DNA of 64,000 bases from Novosphingobium sp. (GCF_037133355.1 NZ_JBAXOI010000017.1:22012-86011); one strand, 5' to 3'. Counted from the first letter of the stretch, positions 18,828-28,185 are shown. Numbers and translations are program-made. Notes: generated by a model from the letters alone, not told the origin.

Positions 18828-20840
18828 ATGTCTAACAAGCTGAAAACGCAGCTGTTCGTGGCGACTGCCATGTTCGCCGTGTCGAGCACTGCCGCCTTCG
18901 CGCAGCAGACCACGCTGACCTACCCCGCTGCCGAGCTTCACGGCGTCGGCGCCTCGTCGATTCAGATCACCCTCCAGCGCGAACTGAACTGCTTCGGTCC
19001 TTCGACGGCTGGTGCCACCGGCAACCCGCGCGGCGCCAACACTCCTGCCATCACGGCAGTTACCGCAGGCAAGGGTGCGGATACTACGGCTGCGTTCCAG
19101 TGCGGCAGCGACTTCATCCAGCCGAACATCGGTGGCCTCTTCATCGCGACGGGTTCGAGCGACGGCAAGACCGCTTTCAAGAACAAGACCGTGACCGGCG
19201 TGCTCACCAATGCCAAGTGGCCGGGCGCCATGACTACCGGGGCATTTGCCGCTACCGCCGCCACCATCTACGGCGGCACCACTTCTGCTGCTTGGGGCAA
19301 CGCGCACTTTGCTCTCAGCGACGCTCCGCTTTCCGCCGCTGAACTCTCCACCTATGGCAATACCACACAGGGCGGCGCTGCGATCCAGTTCCCGCTCTAC
19401 GTGATCCCGGTCGCGCTGGCCTATAACCAGACCTATGGCTTGAAGTATGCCGACGCCACCCTCGCGGGCACGCCGACTGCCCTGAAGTTCAAGGTCGCCC
19501 AGCCGGTTCCCGCCGTGGGCGGCGCGAACGGTGGTCTGCGTCTGTCGAAGAAGGTCTACTGCCGCATCTTCAACGGCTACATCACCAACTGGAACAGCTC
19601 GGAAATCACCGCGCTGAACACCCCGGCCAAGGGTGCGGCCTACTCGCTGAAGGCCGACGCCGACTCGACGACCCGCTGGGACCAGGATGGCGTTCCGATC
19701 CGTCTCGTCGGCCGCTTCGACGGTTCGGGCACGACCGACATCTTCACGCACCACCTCAAGGACACCTGCACCAGCGGTCTCATGGGTTCGGGCACCACCA
19801 ACGTGTACACCCGCTATGCCGAAGGTCTGCCTTGGGATCCCACTCAGGCTACGCTGGTTCGCGAAAGCAGCAACGCTTCCACCAAGTACGTCAACGGTAA
19901 GCCGACCACCGATTTCGCCGGCGATGTCAACATGATTGCTGCGGTCTACCACTCGACCACAGGTGCGATCGTCACCGGTACCGAAACGCTTGGCAAGTTC
20001 GGCGTGGTCAACGGCTCTTCGGGCGTTTCCGCCATCATCAACCTCGCGGCTGAGAAGCCGTCGGCGAATGAACCCTCGGTCCTCCTGAACGGCAAGCTCG
20101 GCTACATCAGCGCCGACTTCGTGGTTCCGGCGCCCGACGCGGTTCTGTCCTCGGCTGCGCTCGAGATCGGCACTTCGACTGCGACCAAGAAGCCGCTGTT
20201 CGCCATGCCGACCGCTCTCAACGCGACGGCTGCTTTCGGCACCAAGATCCTTCCGCCGGAATCGGACAAGGGCGGCAAGTACGTCAAGGGTGGCAGCTTC
20301 AGCCGTTCGGCCCCGCTTGACTGGGTCAAGGCGCTTTATGACGGTGACTCGCAGCTGTCGAACCCGCCGGTTGGTTATCCGATCACGGGCACGACTCAGA
20401 TCCTGACCGGCACCTGCTTCGCCAGCCCGGCAGTACGCAATGCGCTGGTGACCGTCCTGACCGCCAAGGTTGGCAAGCTCACCTTCGACAACAAGTTCGG
20501 CAGCAAGAAGGCGCTGGCGAACCTTTTCACGAGCACTGCAACCAAGACCCTGGGCATTCCGTCTCAGGCTGGTCTCGCTACGCTTCCGAAGGCTTGGAAC
20601 ACGGCGATCTACGAAACCTTCCTGATCCGCTCGAAGCAGAAGAACGCTGCTGACGGCGCGCTTCTGGTCGATCGCAACCTCTACATCCAGGCTGGTATCC
20701 CGACCAAGGCGGGCATCGGCAAGAACAAGAACACCATGGTTGTTGGGGATCTGCCGACCACTTCGGCTCCGCTGGTGAGTGGCAAGACGGTGTACGAAGC
20801 TGCGCCGAACAGCACCTGCGCCACCGTCACGGGTCTCTGA
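18828..20840 (+). CDS. Secreted PstS-like (phosphate-binding-protein-fold, PBP-like) protein, about twice the usual length
   Basis: Signal peptide LFVATAMFAVSSTAAFAQ. PstS-family motifs: LHGVGASSIQ, FALSDAPLSAAEL...GAAIQFPLYVIPVALAYN, and SKKVYCRIFNGYITNWNSSEITALN. It is 670 aa, against roughly 340 aa for classical PstS. Confidence 0.7.
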   Translation: MSNKLKTQLFVATAMFAVSSTAAFAQQTTLTYPAAELHGVGASSIQITLQRELNCFGPSTAGATGNPRGANTPAITAVTAGKGADTTAAFQCGSDFIQPNIGGLFIATGSSDGKTAFKNKTVTGVLTNAKWPGAMTTGAFAATAATIYGGTTSAAWGNAHFALSDAPLSAAELSTYGNTTQGGAAIQFPLYVIPVALAYNQTYGLKYADATLAGTPTALKFKVAQPVPAVGGANGGLRLSKKVYCRIFNGYITNWNSSEITALNTPAKGAAYSLKADADSTTRWDQDGVPIRLVGRFDGSGTTDIFTHHLKDTCTSGLMGSGTTNVYTRYAEGLPWDPTQATLVRESSNASTKYVNGKPTTDFAGDVNMIAAVYHSTTGAIVTGTETLGKFGVVNGSSGVSAIINLAAEKPSANEPSVLLNGKLGYISADFVVPAPDAVLSSAALEIGTSTATKKPLFAMPTALNATAAFGTKILPPESDKGGKYVKGGSFSRSAPLDWVKALYDGDSQLSNPPVGYPITGTTQILTGTCFASPAVRNALVTVLTAKVGKLTFDNKFGSKKALANLFTSTATKTLGIPSQAGLATLPKAWNTAIYETFLIRSKQKNAADGALLVDRNLYIQAGIPTKAGIGKNKNTMVVGDLPTTSAPLVSGKTVYEAAPNSTCATVTGL

Positions 20841-20873
20841 TCCAGACGTTCCGGCAACGGTAACGCAAGAAAA

Positions 20874-20909
20874 GGGGCGGCTCCGGGAAACCGGGGCCGC
20901 CTTCTTTTT
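20874..20909 (+). terminator. Intrinsic terminator of the PstS-like gene
   Basis: GGGGCGGCTCCGG-gaaa-CCGGGGCCGCC followed by TTCTTTTT. Confidence 0.85.
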
Positions 20910-21172
20910 GGTCTCGCCGATCTCAGCCCAAAACAGGCGCAGGAACGCGCGCCAAGTGCTTCGTTTGCCAGAAAAGTGTTATGTTTCAGTATTTTTATTG
21001 GTTGGGAAGATCGGCCCCAGCCCATCGACACGCGCGCACCGCGCATGGCCGGCAGCTGCGTGGAGATTTCAGTGCACGGAAACCGCAAATTAACTATAAA
21101 TTCAGGGTTTGACGCTATGTAGAATACCTGTCACTTTCCACTTAGGTAGGTGAACGTTTATATCCCTTTACT

Positions 21173-21209
21173 GGCGACGGTGGCTTCGGCCTCCGTCGCC
21201 GTTTTTCTT
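21173..21209 (+). terminator. Orphan plus-strand intrinsic terminator (12-bp stem, UUCG loop, U-tract) with no annotated gene upstream
   Basis: GGCGACGGTGGC-ttcg-GCCTCCGTCGCC (one mismatch) followed by GTTTTTCTT. It lies about 260 nt after the previous terminator. The U-tract is on the plus strand only, so it does not serve the minus-strand dsbA-like gene. Confidence 0.7.
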
Positions 21210-21231
21210 CATAGCCCCCGCGCCGCTCTGC

Positions 21232-21975
21232 TCAGTTGGTCGTGCGGGCCACCAGCAGCCGGATCACCCGCTCGATTTCTTCCGCTTCGATCGCGCCTTC
21301 GGCCATGGCGACGAGCCCGTTGCGATTGTCGCGCACCACGATGGCCGGCGTTCCGGTCACCCCCGCGGTGTTGGCGGCGTCAAAACCCTGGCCAAGCTGG
21401 CGGATCGTTTCGGGTGCGTGGACACAAGCATCGAGCGCGCCCATGTCGCGCACCCCGGCCTCACGCGCGAGCGCTTCCACGCTGCTGCCCGACGCTGCGG
21501 GCAGGCCCGCGCCGTTTGTGCCGGTGAGCTCAAGATAGCGGTCGAGAAACTGATAATAGCCCATAGCTGAAGCCTGCTTGTTCACGCAGATCGCGGTCGC
21601 CGAAGCAAGGATTGCTGCCCGGCCATGCATCGGCAAAGGCAGCAGCCGCACCGCCAGGTTGACCCGGCCTTTGCTTGCATCGACCACCGCTTCCGGGGTC
21701 CGGCCAAACGCCTTGCAATAGGGGCACTCGGGATCGATCCACACGATCAGGCTGAAGTCGCTTATGGGTTGGCCATAGACCGGCTCGATCGTCGCATCGA
21801 CCGGAGCGACGGTGCCCGCGCCATGCCACAGCGCCTGATCGTCGGCCTGCGCGATGGCTGCGGCAGGCAGCACAGAGGCTGCGGCGACCACGGCGAGCGA
21901 ACAAGCCGAAAGCAGCGGAAGGGCGAAAAGGCGGCCGGGGCGGCGACCGGGGCGATTGGGGGCAAAGATGGGCAT
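21232..21975 (-). CDS. DsbA-family thiol:disulfide oxidoreductase (thioredoxin fold)
   Basis: CPYC active-site motif in IVWIDPECPYCKAF; GVTGTPAIVV cis-Pro loop; signal peptide [25 protein letters not shown]. The start was moved to the ATG at 21975 (MPIFAP). The upstream part of the listed ORF is Arg-rich and not protein-like. Confidence 0.8.
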   Translation of the reverse strand: MPIFAPNRPGRRPGRLFALPLLSACSLAVVAAASVLPAAAIAQADDQALWHGAGTVAPVDATIEPVYGQPISDFSLIVWIDPECPYCKAFGRTPEAVVDASKGRVNLAVRLLPLPMHGRAAILASATAICVNKQASAMGYYQFLDRYLELTGTNGAGLPAASGSSVEALAREAGVRDMGALDACVHAPETIRQLGQGFDAANTAGVTGTPAIVVRDNRNGLVAMAEGAIEAEEIERVIRLLVARTTN

Positions 21976-22078
21976 CGGCGGGCTTTCGACTGAATGTATG
22001 TCAGGGCCAAGACAGCGCCGGCGCCCGGGCAGCCGCCATAGGCCGCTAATTGGCTCTAGGCAATTTGCCTTGGCACTG

Positions 22079-22094
22079 TATACCGCAGGATATA
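22079..22094 (+). promoter_or_regulatory. Mo-box-like inverted repeat TATAC-N6-ATATA just upstream of modA (candidate ModE/MopA-type operator)
   Basis: ctgTATACcgcaggATATAgcc lies 18-33 nt before the proposed modA start in otherwise GC-rich DNA. A second palindrome, AGGCAAtTTGCCT, lies at 22058-22070. Confidence 0.35.
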
Positions 22095-22111
22095 GCCTCC
22101 TGGAGCTTCCC

Positions 22112-22885
22112 GTGCCCCGCTTCCTCCGCCTGGTTTTCGCGCTTTGTGTACTGGTTCTCACTACGCTGCCACTGGCAGCGCATCCCCAGCCGCGCGGGCC
22201 GCTCGTGCTTGCCGCCGCCAGCCTGCAGGAAGCGCTGACCGCCGCAGCTGACAGCTGGGCGAAGAAGGGCCATGCCCGCCCCGTCCTGTCCTTCGCCGCT
22301 TCCTCCGCGCTTGCCCGCCAGATCGAAGCGAAAGCCCCCGCCGACCTTTTCGTCTCGGCCGACGAGGAGTGGATGGACTATCTCGCCGCGCGCAAACTCA
22401 TCGTATCCGCCAGCCGCGCCGACTTCGTCACCAACCGCCTCGTGATTATTGCCCCGGCAGCGAGCCGCGCCAGCTTTGCGGTGCGCCCCGGCTTCCCGCT
22501 TGCCGCTGCGCTGGGCAGCGGCCGTCTGGCGCTTGCCGACCCTGATGCGGTTCCCGCCGGGCGCTATACGCGGGAAGCGCTCACCAACCTCAAGGTCTGG
22601 CCCGCAGTGCAGGGCAGCCTCGCCCGCGCCGAAAACGTGCGCGCCGCGCTCGCGCTCGTCGTACGTGGGGCCGCACCGCTGGGGATCGTCTACGCCACCG
22701 ATGCTCGCGCCGAAGGCGCGGTGCGCGTCGCCGGGTGGATCCCGGCCAATGTGCACAAGCCGATCACCTATCCGCTCGCCCGCCTCGCCGCCGCAACGCA
22801 TCCGGAGGCCGAAGGTTTCCGCCGCTTCCTGCTTTCGGACGAAGGCAAGGCGCTCTTTCGCCGCTACGGCTTCGGCACGCGTTGA
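22112..22885 (+). CDS. modA: Molybdate ABC transporter periplasmic substrate-binding protein
   Basis: LVLAAASLQEALTAAADSWAKKG...LFVSADEEWMDYL...DPDAVPAGRYTREAL...ENVRAALALVVRGAAPLGIVYATDA. The proposed GTG start at 22112 is preceded by GGAG and followed by a signal peptide. The listed ORF start at 21854 overlaps the divergent dsbA-like gene. Confidence 0.85.
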   Translation: MPRFLRLVFALCVLVLTTLPLAAHPQPRGPLVLAAASLQEALTAAADSWAKKGHARPVLSFAASSALARQIEAKAPADLFVSADEEWMDYLAARKLIVSASRADFVTNRLVIIAPAASRASFAVRPGFPLAAALGSGRLALADPDAVPAGRYTREALTNLKVWPAVQGSLARAENVRAALALVVRGAAPLGIVYATDARAEGAVRVAGWIPANVHKPITYPLARLAAATHPEAEGFRRFLLSDEGKALFRRYGFGTR

Positions 22886-22893
22886 GCGCAGTC

Positions 22894-23589
22894 ATGGGCC
22901 TGACCGCGGAAGAATGGGGCATCGTCGTGCTCTCGCTTGAGGTCAGCCTAGCGGCGGTGCTCGGCGCGCTGCCTGTGGCCTTCGCTCTCGCCTGGGTGCT
23001 GGCGCGGCTGCGCTTCCCGGGCAAGCTCCTGCTCGACGGCCTTGTCCACCTGCCGCTGGTCCTGCCGCCGGTGGTGATCGGCTGGCTGCTTCTCGTCGCC
23101 TTCGCGCCCGAAGGACCGGCGGGCCGGCTGCTCGGCCTTGTCGGGATCAGCGTGCTGTTCCGCTGGAGCGGCGCCGCCATCGCCGCCGCCGTCATGGCCC
23201 TGCCGCTTATGGTCCGCGCAATCCGGCTCAGCCTCGAAGCCGTCGATCCCCGGCTTGAGGCTGCGGCGCGCACCCTGGGCGCAGGCCCCTGGCGCACCTT
23301 CCGCACAGTGACGCTGCCGCTCGCCGCACCCGGCGTGCTCGCGGGCGCAGTGCTCGGCTTCGCGCGCTCGCTGGGCGAGTTCGGCGCGACGATCACCTTC
23401 GTCTCCAACATTCCCGACGAAACGCGCACCCTTCCATTGGCCATCTACGCCGCGCTCCAACTCCCCGGCGGAGACAGTACGGTCTGGCGCCTCGCCGCAC
23501 TCGCGGTCGCGCTTTCGCTTGCCGCGCTCGTTGCGTCCGAAGCGCTCACGCGGGCGTCCGGAAACGGCCGGGGCAGCCATGTCCTTTGA
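22894..23589 (+). CDS. modB: Molybdate ABC transporter permease
   Basis: MGLTAEEWGIVVLSLEVS..., multi-TM, with the EAA-type loop LEAAARTLGAGPWRTFRTVTLPLAAPG. It follows modA by 8 nt. Confidence 0.9.
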   Translation: MGLTAEEWGIVVLSLEVSLAAVLGALPVAFALAWVLARLRFPGKLLLDGLVHLPLVLPPVVIGWLLLVAFAPEGPAGRLLGLVGISVLFRWSGAAIAAAVMALPLMVRAIRLSLEAVDPRLEAAARTLGAGPWRTFRTVTLPLAAPGVLAGAVLGFARSLGEFGATITFVSNIPDETRTLPLAIYAALQLPGGDSTVWRLAALAVALSLAALVASEALTRASGNGRGSHVL

Positions 23590-24217
23590 TATCGACGTGA
23601 CCGTGCGGCGAGGTGGGCGAGACATCGCCTGCCAGATCGCGAGCTCCGGCGGCATAACGGCGATCGTCGGCCCTTCGGGCGCCGGCAAGTCGAGCGTGCT
23701 GGAAGCGGTCGCCGGCCTCTTGCGCCCCGTGTCCGGGCGCATTGCCGTCGGCGGCGCCGTGCTCTTCGACAGCGCCGCGCACATCGACCTCGCGCCCGAG
23801 GCCCGCGCCTGCGGCATGGTGTTTCAGGACCTGCGCCTCTTTCCCCATCTGCGGGTGCGTGAGAACCTGACCTACGGGCAGAATCTCGCGCCGCCCGAAC
23901 GCCGCTTCTTCACGCTGGTCGAGGCTGCCGCCTTCCTTGACATCACCCCGCTGCTGGGACGCCGCCCGCGCACGCTGTCAGGTGGGGAGGCGCAGCGCGT
24001 CGCGATCGGCCGCGCGCTGCTTGCGGGCCCTCGTTTCCTCCTTATGGACGAGCCGCTCACCGCGCTCGACGACGCGCGGCGCGAGGCGATCCTTGCGGTG
24101 ATCGAGCGCATCCGCGACGAACTCGGTCTCCCGATTCTCCTCGTCAGCCACGACCGCGCCGATGTCGCGCGCCTGGCGGATCAGGTGGTCGAGCTTGGCC
24201 GGCAGCAGGATCGATAG
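23579..24217 (+). CDS. modC: Molybdate ABC transporter ATP-binding protein, short form (212 aa, no C-terminal TOBE/Mop domain)
   Basis: Walker A GPSGAGKS, signature LSGGEAQRV, Walker B FLLMDEP. It overlaps the modB stop by 11 nt and ends shortly after the H-loop (LVSHD). Confidence 0.85.
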   Translation: MSFDIDVTVRRGGRDIACQIASSGGITAIVGPSGAGKSSVLEAVAGLLRPVSGRIAVGGAVLFDSAAHIDLAPEARACGMVFQDLRLFPHLRVRENLTYGQNLAPPERRFFTLVEAAAFLDITPLLGRRPRTLSGGEAQRVAIGRALLAGPRFLLMDEPLTALDDARREAILAVIERIRDELGLPILLVSHDRADVARLADQVVELGRQQDR

Positions 24218-24281
24218 ATCACGCAGAGAGCGCAATGAAGCAGTAGAGTGCTCCGCTTAGAAACGCCTCTATCGCGTGCCC

Positions 24282-26318
24282 TCAGATCTCCAGCTGGCTT
24301 CCCAGCTCGATCACCCGGTTCGTCGGCAGGCGGAAGAACACCATCGCGCTTTCCGCATTGCGCACCATCCACGCGAAGAGCTTCTCGCGCCAGATCGCCA
24401 TGCCCGGCCGTTTGGATGCGATCAGCGTCTGGCGGGCGAGGAAGTAGCTCGTCTCCATCGGCTTGAACGGTCCGCCCGCGCGCTTCTCCGCGTCGAGCTC
24501 GGCGGGCACGTTGGCCTCGTCCATGAAGCCGATGCGGATGATCATGCGGTAGAAGCCGTGACCCAGATCTTCCACCTCGCGCCGCCGCTCGGGCGGTACG
24601 TGGGGCACGTTCTGCGTCTCCACCGTCAGCACCACCACCCGGTCGTGCAGGATGTGGTTGTGCTTGAGGTTGTGGAGGAGCGCCGGCGGAATGCCCTCGG
24701 CATTGGAGGCGAGGAACACCGACGTCCCGGCCACACGCCGCACCTTGTGGCAGACCGAATTGAGGAACACGTCGAAGGGCATCGAATCCTCGGCCAGTCG
24801 CTCGCGCAGGATGCGCCGGCCGGTGGCCCAGGTTGTCAACATTGTGAAGGCAATCGCTGCAACCAGCAGCGGGAACCAGCCGCCATCGGGGATCTTGGTG
24901 ACGTTCGAGGCGAAGTAGGCGCCATCGACCAGCAGAAACAGCACTGTGAAGAAGCCAGCGACGAGCGGCGGCCACTTCCACACCATGAAGGCGATCACAC
25001 CGAACATGCACGCAGTGATAAACATCGTTCCCGTCACCGCGATGCCGTAGGCCGAGGCGAGATTGCCCGAAGTCTTGAAGCCCAGCACAAGCAGCACCAC
25101 GAGCGCCAGCAGCGCCCAATTGACAATGGGCACATAGACCTGCCCGGCCGCACTTGCGCTCGTGTGGCGGATGCGGATGCGCGGCAGATACCCCAACTGC
25201 ACCGCCTGCTGCGATACCGAGAACGCGCCCGAAATCACCGCCTGGCTGGCAATGATCGTCGCCATTGTCGCGAGCAGCACCAGCGGCAGGCGCATGCTTT
25301 CGGGCGCGAGCAGGAAGAAGGGGTTTGCAACTGTTTCGGGATGCCGCAGCATCATCGCCGACTGGCCGAGATAGTTCAGCAGCAGGCACGGGAAAGCCAT
25401 ATAGAGCCACGCGACCATGATCGCGCGGCGGCCGAAATGGCCCATGTCGGCATAGAGTGCCTCGGCCCCCGTAACCGCCAGCACGATCGAACCAAGCGCG
25501 AGGAACGCCAGCATCGGATCGAGCGCGAAGAACTGGAAGCCGAAGACCGGATTGAGCGCGCCGAGAATTTCCGGCGCTTGCACGATCCCGCTCACGCCGA
25601 GCACAGCGATCGTCAGGAAATAGAACACCATGATCGGGCCGAACAGTTTGCCCACCGCTGCCGTCCCGCGCGACTGGATCGCGAAGAGGCCGATCAGGAT
25701 CGCGATCGAGATCGGCAGGACCAGATCTTCGAACGCGGGATGGACCACGGTCAGCCCCTCGACTGCAGAAAGCACCGAGACCGCAGGCGTGATGATTGCA
25801 TCGCCGAAGAACAGCGCCGTGGCGATGAGCCCCAGCATGACCATTACATAAGTCCAGCGCGCATCGACCATGCAGCGGCTGACGAGCGCAAGAAGCGCCA
25901 GGCTGCCGCCTTCGCCCTTGTTGTCCGCGCGCAGAATCATGAACACGTATTTCAGCGTCACGATCACGATCATCGTCCAGAACACGAGGCTCAGCACGCC
26001 AAAGATATGCGCCTGGTCCACCCGCAGTGGATGATGGCCGATGAAGCTTTCCTTCAGCGAATAGAGCGGCGAAGTGCCGATATCGCCAAACACCACGCCG
26101 ATTGCACCCATGGCGAGGGTGGACAGGCTTTCGCTATGGCCATGGCCCGTATGGCCGTGCCCGTCATGGTCCCCGCCCGGGGGCGAGGCTGCCTCGGAAT
26201 TCGGGCCGGATGCGGGGCTGGCGGCGGCTGCGGCGGAACCGTCGTCGCTGAATTCGGAGCTGCTGCCCTGAGTCGCGTTGCTGTCCATTGGCGCGCCGCT
26301 ACTCCTCCCGCTTCGCAC
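24282..26318 (-). CDS. kup: KUP/HAK/KT-family potassium uptake transporter
   Basis: GAIGVVFGDIGTSPLYSLKESF, about 12 TM segments, and a cytosolic C-terminal domain. The listed start at 26318 is GTG. An alternative ATG at 26288 (MDSNAT) is preceded by GGGAGGAG. Confidence 0.92.
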   Translation of the reverse strand: MRSGRSSGAPMDSNATQGSSSEFSDDGSAAAAASPASGPNSEAASPPGGDHDGHGHTGHGHSESLSTLAMGAIGVVFGDIGTSPLYSLKESFIGHHPLRVDQAHIFGVLSLVFWTMIVIVTLKYVFMILRADNKGEGGSLALLALVSRCMVDARWTYVMVMLGLIATALFFGDAIITPAVSVLSAVEGLTVVHPAFEDLVLPISIAILIGLFAIQSRGTAAVGKLFGPIMVFYFLTIAVLGVSGIVQAPEILGALNPVFGFQFFALDPMLAFLALGSIVLAVTGAEALYADMGHFGRRAIMVAWLYMAFPCLLLNYLGQSAMMLRHPETVANPFFLLAPESMRLPLVLLATMATIIASQAVISGAFSVSQQAVQLGYLPRIRIRHTSASAAGQVYVPIVNWALLALVVLLVLGFKTSGNLASAYGIAVTGTMFITACMFGVIAFMVWKWPPLVAGFFTVLFLLVDGAYFASNVTKIPDGGWFPLLVAAIAFTMLTTWATGRRILRERLAEDSMPFDVFLNSVCHKVRRVAGTSVFLASNAEGIPPALLHNLKHNHILHDRVVVLTVETQNVPHVPPERRREVEDLGHGFYRMIIRIGFMDEANVPAELDAEKRAGGPFKPMETSYFLARQTLIASKRPGMAIWREKLFAWMVRNAESAMVFFRLPTNRVIELGSQLEI

Positions 26319-26365
26319 TTGCGAGTACTATTTTCTCATGGCCTCGGGCGGCCGGATTTCTGCCG

Positions 26366-28174
26366 TCATTTCGGGGGATTGGCAGGGGGCGGGCTGGCAG
26401 GAGAAAGGGCCGGTGCGACCAGCTTGTCGGCTGGCAGGATCACGATGGGCGCCGCGGTGCGCGTGCCCGCCGGATCGCGCACCGGGCGCGGTCCCGTCCC
26501 GCCGATCGCTGCCGCGCGATCGAGGCTGCGCACCACCGGGGTCAGCACCGGCATGTCGCCGTTGTGAAGCACTTTGCCAAGGTGGCGCCCGGCGTCGTAG
26601 CGCGCGGCATTGGGCATGAGCCAGGCCTGTTCCAGCGCGCCCGCTGCCGCCAGTACGCGCGCCTTGGCGATGTAGGCGTTGGCAATCGCGGTGTTTGAGT
26701 TGCTGCGTGCCACAAGGAGTTCGCGCGCCAGATCGAGCACATCGAGCGTGGTGATGAGCCCGGCGCGCTGCTGCAGGATTGCGCCTTCATAGGCCTTGCG
26801 CGCAGATCCTTCCGCATCGCGGTAGCTGGCGATCGCGGCCTGCTGCGCCTGCCAGTCGTTCCACGAGGCAGCAAGGCTGGCACGGCTTTCGCGCAGCGAG
26901 GCATCGAGCAGGCGCCAGTCGGCATCGTTGGCGGCCATCGCCTCGCTCACCCGAGCGCGGCGCAGACCGCTTTCGAAGATCGGCCCTGAAATGATGAACT
27001 GCCCGCGCCATTCCTTGGTGCGAAGGTTGTCGTTATAGGCGCTCTGTGTTCCGTAATTGCCGCTGCCCTGAAAATCGATGCGCGGCATGAGATCGGCCTT
27101 GGCCGCTGCCACGCTGGCACGCGAAACCTTCTCCCGCGCTTGGGCTGCCAGCACCACCGGGCTGTGCGTTTCGGAAAAGGCATAAGCCTCCTCGAGCTGG
27201 CGCACCGGCAGCTGGAGCGGATTGGGCGGGACAAGCTCGCCCGCAGGAACGCCGACCATGCGAAGGAAGGTCGCCTCGCTCGAGGCGGCGTCGCGCTGCG
27301 CTGAATAGACCTGCGCCTGCCCGAGCGAGACGCGCGTGGCGATCTGCTGCACGTCGGTTGCGGTTACCTCGCGTACCGCCAGCCTCGCCTTGTTGTCCGA
27401 GAGCTGCCGTTCAAGCGCGGCGAGGTTGTCCTTGGCGATCGTGACCGAGGCCCGGTCGCGCAGCACGCCGATATAGGCGGCAATGGCGTCAAGCAGCGCC
27501 TGCTGTTCGGTCGAGCGCAGCACTTGCCGCTGGAATTCGAGCTGCGCCGCCGAGTTTCGTTCCTGCGACGCGTTGCGTCCGAAGGTGAACAGCGGCTGGG
27601 TCAAGATGGCGGAGGCCGTCGTGGTCCACCCCTGGGCGATCGTCGAACCGCCACGAAACCGCTCGAAGCTGTCACGCTGCCAGGTTGTGGCCAGGCTGTA
27701 GTTCAGTTTCGGGCCGTAACCCGCGCGCGCCTGCGCCACGCGGTAATCATAGCTCCGCACCGTTGACCGCTGCGCCAGCAGCGAGGGGGAGGTCCAGTAC
27801 GCGAGGCGCAGCGCATCGGTCAGCGAGGTGACGGGGGTGCCGCTTTCCGCGAGCTCGGCCACGTCTGCCGGAGTTTCGTCGGGCAGATCCGGGCGCACCG
27901 CGATGCGGTCGGCATCGTCAACAGCGGCATCGTCTTCACCCCCGCCGTCGGCTCGGGCATCGCCCCGGTCGCGTGCGCTGTCTGGATCGTCGGTGCCATA
28001 ACTGCCGGTCTGGGGGGTGCTATCGAGCGGACCTTGCATCGGCGCGGCGGCGGACTGCGGATCGGCCAGCCTGTCCTGTGCAAGAACCGGCGGTGCCGCA
28101 ATGCAGGCGGCGCAAGCGGCCAGCAGGCATGAGCGCAAAGACATCTTTGTGTGCAGGGGCAGGGCGGGGGGCAT
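26366..28174 (-). CDS. TolC-family type I secretion outer-membrane protein with an acidic N-terminal extension and a Pro-rich C-terminal extension
   Basis: Signal peptide MSLRSCLLAACAACIAAPPVLAQ. TolC-type repeats: LTDALRLAYWTSPSLLAQR...YGPKLNYS and ADLMPRIDFQGSGNYGTQS. The listed 841-aa ORF runs into the hlyD-type gene. Start was set at ATG 28174 (alternative ATG 28144). Confidence 0.85.
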   Translation of the reverse strand: MPPALPLHTKMSLRSCLLAACAACIAAPPVLAQDRLADPQSAAAPMQGPLDSTPQTGSYGTDDPDSARDRGDARADGGGEDDAAVDDADRIAVRPDLPDETPADVAELAESGTPVTSLTDALRLAYWTSPSLLAQRSTVRSYDYRVAQARAGYGPKLNYSLATTWQRDSFERFRGGSTIAQGWTTTASAILTQPLFTFGRNASQERNSAAQLEFQRQVLRSTEQQALLDAIAAYIGVLRDRASVTIAKDNLAALERQLSDNKARLAVREVTATDVQQIATRVSLGQAQVYSAQRDAASSEATFLRMVGVPAGELVPPNPLQLPVRQLEEAYAFSETHSPVVLAAQAREKVSRASVAAAKADLMPRIDFQGSGNYGTQSAYNDNLRTKEWRGQFIISGPIFESGLRRARVSEAMAANDADWRLLDASLRESRASLAASWNDWQAQQAAIASYRDAEGSARKAYEGAILQQRAGLITTLDVLDLARELLVARSNSNTAIANAYIAKARVLAAAGALEQAWLMPNAARYDAGRHLGKVLHNGDMPVLTPVVRSLDRAAAIGGTGPRPVRDPAGTRTAAPIVILPADKLVAPALSPASPPPANPPK

Positions 28175-28185
28175 CACCGGGCCGC

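Noticed and set aside
21976-22111. Moco (molybdenum cofactor) riboswitch upstream of modA.
   Set aside because: AGCCTCCTGGAGC resembles one conserved Moco segment, but the region is too short (the transcript would start within about 30 nt of the start codon). I cannot find the other conserved helices or the AAAGG element.
24276-26567. 763-aa plus-strand ORF opposite kup.
   Set aside because: The minus-strand frame encodes an unmistakable Kup transporter. The plus-frame product is His/Arg/Asp-rich nonsense.
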